A DNA stretch of 64,000 bases from a virus, in the IMG/VR virus record IMGVR_UViG_3300020420_000873, positions 6,982 through 70,981 of that record, one strand, 5' to 3'. This document shows, in pieces, positions 59,222 through 64,000 of the stretch; positions within the stretch are counted from its first letter, which is position 1; every line of letters begins with the position of its first letter. The notes beneath the pieces were generated by a model, which did no database searches, was not told where the DNA came from, and saw nothing but the letters and a program-made list of their open reading frames with translations. The translations under genes were made by a program, and so were the position numbers.

Positions 59222-59833
59222 TTACTCATCTGCTTCTCCTTTAAATTGATCAAACGTAACTGCTGATTCAATTTTTATTATATGATGATTCAAAGCAAGT
59301 TTACATAGCATTACATCATCATGCTCTGTTAAGTATAATACAGGATTACACCAATATGATCTCCATCTTTCTTTTTCTTTCAACAATTGACTTAAAGTTG
59401 AGCCGTATCTAAATCTAGTTGGATCTTTTTCTGTAAAGAAACTAGAAAACCAATCAATAGACTTTTGCATATCAGTGTGAGCTCCAAAAGTAATTTTGTA
59501 TGGATATCTATCCCAAAATAATTTTTTTCTTGTGATAGAATCTTTATTTTGCATCAAATGTTCATAGTGTTTTTTGTTGTATGGTTCAAAAACTTTGCTT
59601 ACCCATTTACCATAATTATTAACCACGTATTCTAAATCTTTGCGTTTCTTAAAAAATAATTGTACTGATCTAGCATGACGCATCTGTTGTTCAGATTTTG
59701 GTATTTTTCTTAACCATTGGATCATTTTTCTCATGTTTGCATAATATTCATCCAAATCAAAAGATTCTTTTTCCATTACTGCTTTGTAAGGGAATTTACC
59801 ATAAAATAATTTTGTTGTTGTTTCAAATTGCAT
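59222..59833 (-). CDS. Hypothetical protein with internal duplication
   Basis: KLFYGKFPYK and KLFWDRYPYK halves. Confidence 0.7.
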   Translation of the reverse strand: MQFETTTKLFYGKFPYKAVMEKESFDLDEYYANMRKMIQWLRKIPKSEQQMRHARSVQLFFKKRKDLEYVVNNYGKWVSKVFEPYNKKHYEHLMQNKDSITRKKLFWDRYPYKITFGAHTDMQKSIDWFSSFFTEKDPTRFRYGSTLSQLLKEKERWRSYWCNPVLYLTEHDDVMLCKLALNHHIIKIESAVTFDQFKGEADE

Positions 59834-62064
59834 TATTGTTTATATTCTATTTCTAATTTATCATTAACTGCTTTAACTAATGCTGTTCCACCATTAATTA
59901 ATTTACCAAATAGTATTTCTTTTGATAATGGACGTTTAATGCTTTGATCAAATATTCTTTGCATTGGCCTTGCACCCATTGCCGGATCAAAACCTTTGTC
60001 AGCGACCCATTGTGCCGCCGTATCATCAAGCACCACGATAACTTTTTTATCTTTAAGCATTTCATTTGTTTCATCTTTAACTTTATGAACAATTTTTAAA
60101 ATGTTTTCTTTTGATAATTTGTTAAACTGTATTGTTGCATCAAGTCTGTTTCTAAACTCAGGTGCAAAGAAGTCTTTAACATAATCATCCGTTTTGTTTA
60201 TCGAGTCAGGAACCCCAATACCCATCGGTGGTTTTTCACTTGCCTGTGCACCTAAGTTAGAAGTTAAACACAAAATGACTTTGTTAAACATCACAGTTTT
60301 ACCTGTTGAAGATGTTAGTTTACCGTCATCCATTACTTGTAACAATACTTGTAATACTTCTGGTGCTGATTTTTCAACCTCGTCAAGCAATAATACACAG
60401 TTTGGATTGTCTTCTACATCGTTGATCAGTTGTCCTGATCCAATTGATCCTTCTGCATATCCTACATATCCTGGAGGTGCACCAATTAATTTTGATACTG
60501 AATGTCTTTCTTGATATTCTGACATATCATATTTTAATAATTTAATACCTAATGAATCTGCTAATTGTCTACAAACTTCTGTTTTACCAACACCTGTTGG
60601 ACCTACAAACAAGTAAGACCCAATTGGTTTGTTAAATGGTCTTAGCCCTGCTTTTGCAATCATGATCGAATCAACTAATTTTTCAATTGCTTCGTTTTGA
60701 CCATATACTTTTGTCTTAACTTTGCCTTCTAGTCCAGCATAGTTATCTGTTTGTTTTTCATCAATAACGTCCATAGGCACGTTTGAAATTTTACTTACTT
60801 GCTGTTGTATCATATGTTTTGTAACCGATGGTGCTTGAGCCAATTTTGCTTTTGCTCCTGCGGCATCAATTACATCAATTGCTTTATCTGGTAAAAATTT
60901 ATTATGTATAAATCTATCTGCAAGATCTACTGCTAAATCAACACAACCATCGTCATATTTTGTTTGGTGAAACTTTTCATAGTATGTAAGAATACCATTT
61001 AAAATTAATTTTGAATCTGTTTTACTTGGTTCACCTAAATCTAATCTTTGGAAACGTCTCATTAACGCACGATCTTTTTCAAAGTTTTCTCTGTACTCTT
61101 CTATTGTTGTTGTACCAATACATAATAATTTACCTTTTGCAAGTATTGGTTTCAGCAATGTACCAAAGTCCATGTTTGATTGTCCGGCACTACCTGCACC
61201 CATAATCATGTGTACTTCATCAATGAATAAGATAACATCTTTTTTCTGTTGTAATTTTTCTAATACTACTTTTGCACGTTCTTCAAAATCACCTCTAAAT
61301 TTTGTACCAGCTACTAATGAAGCAACGTCTAATGAGTAAACTGTTTTATCTTTAATTGCATCAGGCACTTGTTTATCTACAATCTTTTTTGCAATACCTT
61401 CTGCTATGGCTGTTTTACCAACACCAGGTTCACCAACAACAATACAATTATTCTTTTTACGTCTTGCAAGAATGTGTACAATGTCATCTAATTCTGGTTC
61501 TCTACCAATTAAAGAATCAATTCTACCGTCTTTTGCTTCTTGATTTAAATCAGTACAGTAGTCTTCAAATTTAATCGGACCACCACCTGGCTCACCACCT
61601 TGTTGTCTTTCTTGTAAATGTACATCTTCTCCATATCTTTCTTTTGTAAGCTGTTCTATGATTGCTTGTCTTGTGATATTATTTTTCTTTAAGAAGTATA
61701 ATGCATGGCTATTCTTTTCACTTAATAAACTTACAAATATATCTTTTATGGTTAATTTTTTTCTACCAGAAAATATAACCTGTGTTACTGCTCTATTGAA
61801 AACTCTCTCTAATGCTGAAGTTTTTCTTGGAGCATCTGTTGATTCTACAACAATGTCTTTTAATCTACTGTCAAGATACTGCATACAGTCGACCATGATT
61901 TGATCAACTTCACCTTTGACTTCAGTAATTAACGATTGTATTTCTTTTTCATTAACTAGTGCTAACAAAAGGTGTTCTAGAACTACATACTCGTGGTTAC
62001 GTTCTGAAGCATATTCCATTGCTTTATCTAGTACGGATTCTATTGGATCATATTCTTCAGCCAT
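59833..62064 (-). CDS. clpA: ClpA-like Hsp100 ATPase
   Basis: Clp-N HEY..LEHLLL, GEPGVGKT, GPTGVGKT, LIGAPPGYVGY, MGIG loop, GARP. Confidence 0.9.
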   Translation of the reverse strand: MAEEYDPIESVLDKAMEYASERNHEYVVLEHLLLALVNEKEIQSLITEVKGEVDQIMVDCMQYLDSRLKDIVVESTDAPRKTSALERVFNRAVTQVIFSGRKKLTIKDIFVSLLSEKNSHALYFLKKNNITRQAIIEQLTKERYGEDVHLQERQQGGEPGGGPIKFEDYCTDLNQEAKDGRIDSLIGREPELDDIVHILARRKKNNCIVVGEPGVGKTAIAEGIAKKIVDKQVPDAIKDKTVYSLDVASLVAGTKFRGDFEERAKVVLEKLQQKKDVILFIDEVHMIMGAGSAGQSNMDFGTLLKPILAKGKLLCIGTTTIEEYRENFEKDRALMRRFQRLDLGEPSKTDSKLILNGILTYYEKFHQTKYDDGCVDLAVDLADRFIHNKFLPDKAIDVIDAAGAKAKLAQAPSVTKHMIQQQVSKISNVPMDVIDEKQTDNYAGLEGKVKTKVYGQNEAIEKLVDSIMIAKAGLRPFNKPIGSYLFVGPTGVGKTEVCRQLADSLGIKLLKYDMSEYQERHSVSKLIGAPPGYVGYAEGSIGSGQLINDVEDNPNCVLLLDEVEKSAPEVLQVLLQVMDDGKLTSSTGKTVMFNKVILCLTSNLGAQASEKPPMGIGVPDSINKTDDYVKDFFAPEFRNRLDATIQFNKLSKENILKIVHKVKDETNEMLKDKKVIVVLDDTAAQWVADKGFDPAMGARPMQRIFDQSIKRPLSKEILFGKLINGGTALVKAVNDKLEIEYKQ

Positions 62065-62545
62065 TGTGTTTTAACCTTTTATTTAATTTTTTCATTGCCA
62101 TATCAAGTTTAAGTTTAGAAACTAATGTATCAAATGTTATTCCATTTAAATGATCAGTCTCATGTTGAAAAACTCTGCTCATCATTCCTTCAAGTTTTTC
62201 ATTAACTTTGTCTCCATTAGTATTTACATATTCTACAACAACATTAAGTGGACGTAAAACTTTTAAAAACAATCCAGGAAAACTTAAACACCCTTCATTA
62301 ATTAATCCTTCTTCGTCGCCCTTTTCTATTATTTTAGGATTAACAATTAACTTATAACGTGACTTATCACCCATTATAAAAAAACTTTTATCTAAACCTA
62401 CTTGCGGAGCCGCAAGACCAATACCATTATGTTGAGCCATGATTGTATGCATTTGTTCTGCTAATTTTACTACATTATCCATGTCTTCGTCAACACTTAT
62501 TGTGGGTTTTTTTAATATTTCTGCTGGTGCGTAAACTAGATCCAT
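62057..62545 (-). CDS. def: Peptide deformylase
   Basis: GIGLAAPQ, EGCLS, QHETDHLNG. Confidence 0.95.
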   Translation of the reverse strand: MDLVYAPAEILKKPTISVDEDMDNVVKLAEQMHTIMAQHNGIGLAAPQVGLDKSFFIMGDKSRYKLIVNPKIIEKGDEEGLINEGCLSFPGLFLKVLRPLNVVVEYVNTNGDKVNEKLEGMMSRVFQHETDHLNGITFDTLVSKLKLDMAMKKLNKRLKHNG

Positions 62546-63417
62546 TATCCTTTATCCTTAATTTGCTTTATCAATTCTTTTTGTTCTTTAGTTAACTCTT
62601 TAGGTATCCTATAATTTAACTTGATATATAAGTTTCCTTTTGTATTATTTAACTGCATACCTTTACCTTTAATTCTAATAACATCTTCTGGTTGTGTCAA
62701 AGGAGGTACTGTAACTGCAATAACCGTGTTAAAATGTTGCACATCAACTTTTGTTCCAAGCAATGCATCAAATATATCTATATCTAAATAAGTATATAGA
62801 TCATTGCCTTTCTTTGTAAAGTTTTTATGTCCTGCAATACTTAAAACTACATATAGGTCACCCGGTCTTAAATCACTATGTTGTTTAGATCCTAAACCAG
62901 CAAATTTAATCTGTGTTCCATTATCACATGCTTTTGGTATATCTATTTTAACATTTTGGTTTGTTCCGTCTGGCGTTTTTACAAGTACTTCTTTTGTTCG
63001 ACCATAGTAAACGTCTTCTAACGAAACTGTCAAGCTAATCCTTATATCTTGATTACGTAAAGGTTTAGCTTTCCTCTGCCTAAAAGTTTGATTTGATCTG
63101 TTACCAAAAAATTGTTCAAAAATATTTCCGAAACCTCCAGGACCATCTGCATCAATAATGATATCATCAAACCCGCCACTAAAATTAAATGGGCCATGGC
63201 CTCCTTGAGCTCCAAATCTTCTTTCCATATCATACTGCTGACGTTTTTGCTGATCACTCAAAGTATTGTTGGCTTCGTTTATTTTTTTAAATTGTGAATC
63301 ATCGCCACCATTAAGATCAGGATGATGTTCTTTAGCCAATTTTTTATAGGCTCTTTTAATCTCATCCTGTGATGCATTTTCAGATATTCCGAGTATTTTA
63401 TAATGATCCTGACTCAT
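62545..63417 (-). CDS. DnaJ/CbpA-like co-chaperone (no zinc finger)
   Basis: J domain HPD, G/F region, DnaJ C-terminal domain. Confidence 0.92.
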   Translation of the reverse strand: MSQDHYKILGISENASQDEIKRAYKKLAKEHHPDLNGGDDSQFKKINEANNTLSDQQKRQQYDMERRFGAQGGHGPFNFSGGFDDIIIDADGPGGFGNIFEQFFGNRSNQTFRQRKAKPLRNQDIRISLTVSLEDVYYGRTKEVLVKTPDGTNQNVKIDIPKACDNGTQIKFAGLGSKQHSDLRPGDLYVVLSIAGHKNFTKKGNDLYTYLDIDIFDALLGTKVDVQHFNTVIAVTVPPLTQPEDVIRIKGKGMQLNNTKGNLYIKLNYRIPKELTKEQKELIKQIKDKG

Positions 63418-63423
63418 TGTTTA

Positions 63424-63451
63424 AGTATATAACAGATTAAATAAATGTCAA
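63424..63451 (-). promoter_or_regulatory. sigma70-type promoter, probably giving a leaderless mRNA
   Basis: TTGACA-N16-TATACT-N6-ATG. Confidence 0.65.
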
Positions 63452-63454
63452 GTA

Positions 63455-63832
63455 TTATTTAGGTTTATTGTTGACTTCTTCTTCTTGATTATACTCTTCA
63501 TAATACTTTTTGTATTCTTCTAAAAGAGTATTTGTTTCTTGAAGTTTTGCTCTGATTTGTGCAAAGTTTTTGGCCAGTATTTCAAAGTCTCTGTCAGTCA
63601 ATCCAAACAATACTGGATCAATACCTTGCTCTTCTAACTTTTTAAATACTTCATCTGCATTTTCTGAATTAACGATTATCCATTTAATCTCTTCCATCTC
63701 TAATGGAGTAGGCATAGGATGATCTAAATTTTGTCTTGGTTCTTCAAGTGAAAATATTTTTACTCTTTTTTCTCCGATAGTACAACCTGATAAAAAAATT
63801 GTTGCTATTACTAATAAAATTATCTTATTCAT
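63455..63832 (-). CDS. Lipoprotein, probable o-spanin
   Basis: Lipobox LSGC after MNKIILL; C-terminal helix ending YY. Confidence 0.7.
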   Translation of the reverse strand: MNKIILLVIATIFLSGCTIGEKRVKIFSLEEPRQNLDHPMPTPLEMEEIKWIIVNSENADEVFKKLEEQGIDPVLFGLTDRDFEILAKNFAQIRAKLQETNTLLEEYKKYYEEYNQEEEVNNKPK

Positions 63833-64000
63833 ATGGTACATAAGAAGGGTTTGCTAATGCCGGACATTCTGGATTGATTTCCGATTTCTTAGTTGCCTTC
63901 AACTCCTCTTCTGTGTGTGGGGCTCCTGATGCTAATTCAATACATCTAGCCGCATTGTTGGCTCCATTGTTTATTATTTTTTCTAATAGCTCTGGCTTTT
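63825..64000 (-). CDS. 3' end of probable i-spanin (partial)
   Basis: Hand translation KPELLEKIINNGAN..RCIELASGA..NPECP; overlaps the lipoprotein gene. Confidence 0.55.
   Translation of the reverse strand, partial: KPELLEKIINNGANNAARCIELASGAPHTEEELKATKKSEINPECPALANPSYVPYE

Noticed and set aside
1-64000. Alternative genetic code
   Set aside because: Conserved genes are full-length under the standard code, all three stop codons are used, and there is no suppressor tRNA.

Overview
AT-rich, gene-dense segment of a large tailed dsDNA (jumbo, distantly T4-like) phage genome, mostly encoded on the minus strand. Phage evidence: PolB, gp45-like clamp, DsbA-like protein, fibre and virion genes, M15 endolysin, spanins and ATAAATA late-promoter boxes. 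The host is inferred to be Gram-negative, probably a marine alphaproteobacterium. Layout: (1) 1-8 kb, four tRNAs (Arg-GCG, Gln, CAT, Ile) mixed with radical SAM and 2OG-Fe(II) oxygenase genes. (2) 8-29 kb, a ~21 kb tailoring-enzyme cluster: oxygenases, radical SAMs including a B12-binding one, two desaturases, FNR, UDP-glucose dehydrogenase, carbamoyltransferase, SDRs, a PLP enzyme, SET and GNAT. It is bounded by a BtuB-like receptor plus membrane transporter at one end and a small acidic protein with strong expression signals at the other. (3) 29-38 kb, a MoxR/vWA pair with identical promoters and a hairpin that displays an anti-RBS loop. (4) 38-49 kb, virion, fibre, S8 protease and lysis genes. 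(5) 49-64 kb, QueD-like, MazG, TGT/DpdA-like, clamp, PolB, saccharopine-dehydrogenase-like, flavodoxin, ClpA, deformylase, DnaJ-like and spanin genes. Functional calls come from motif recognition only; no database search was run.
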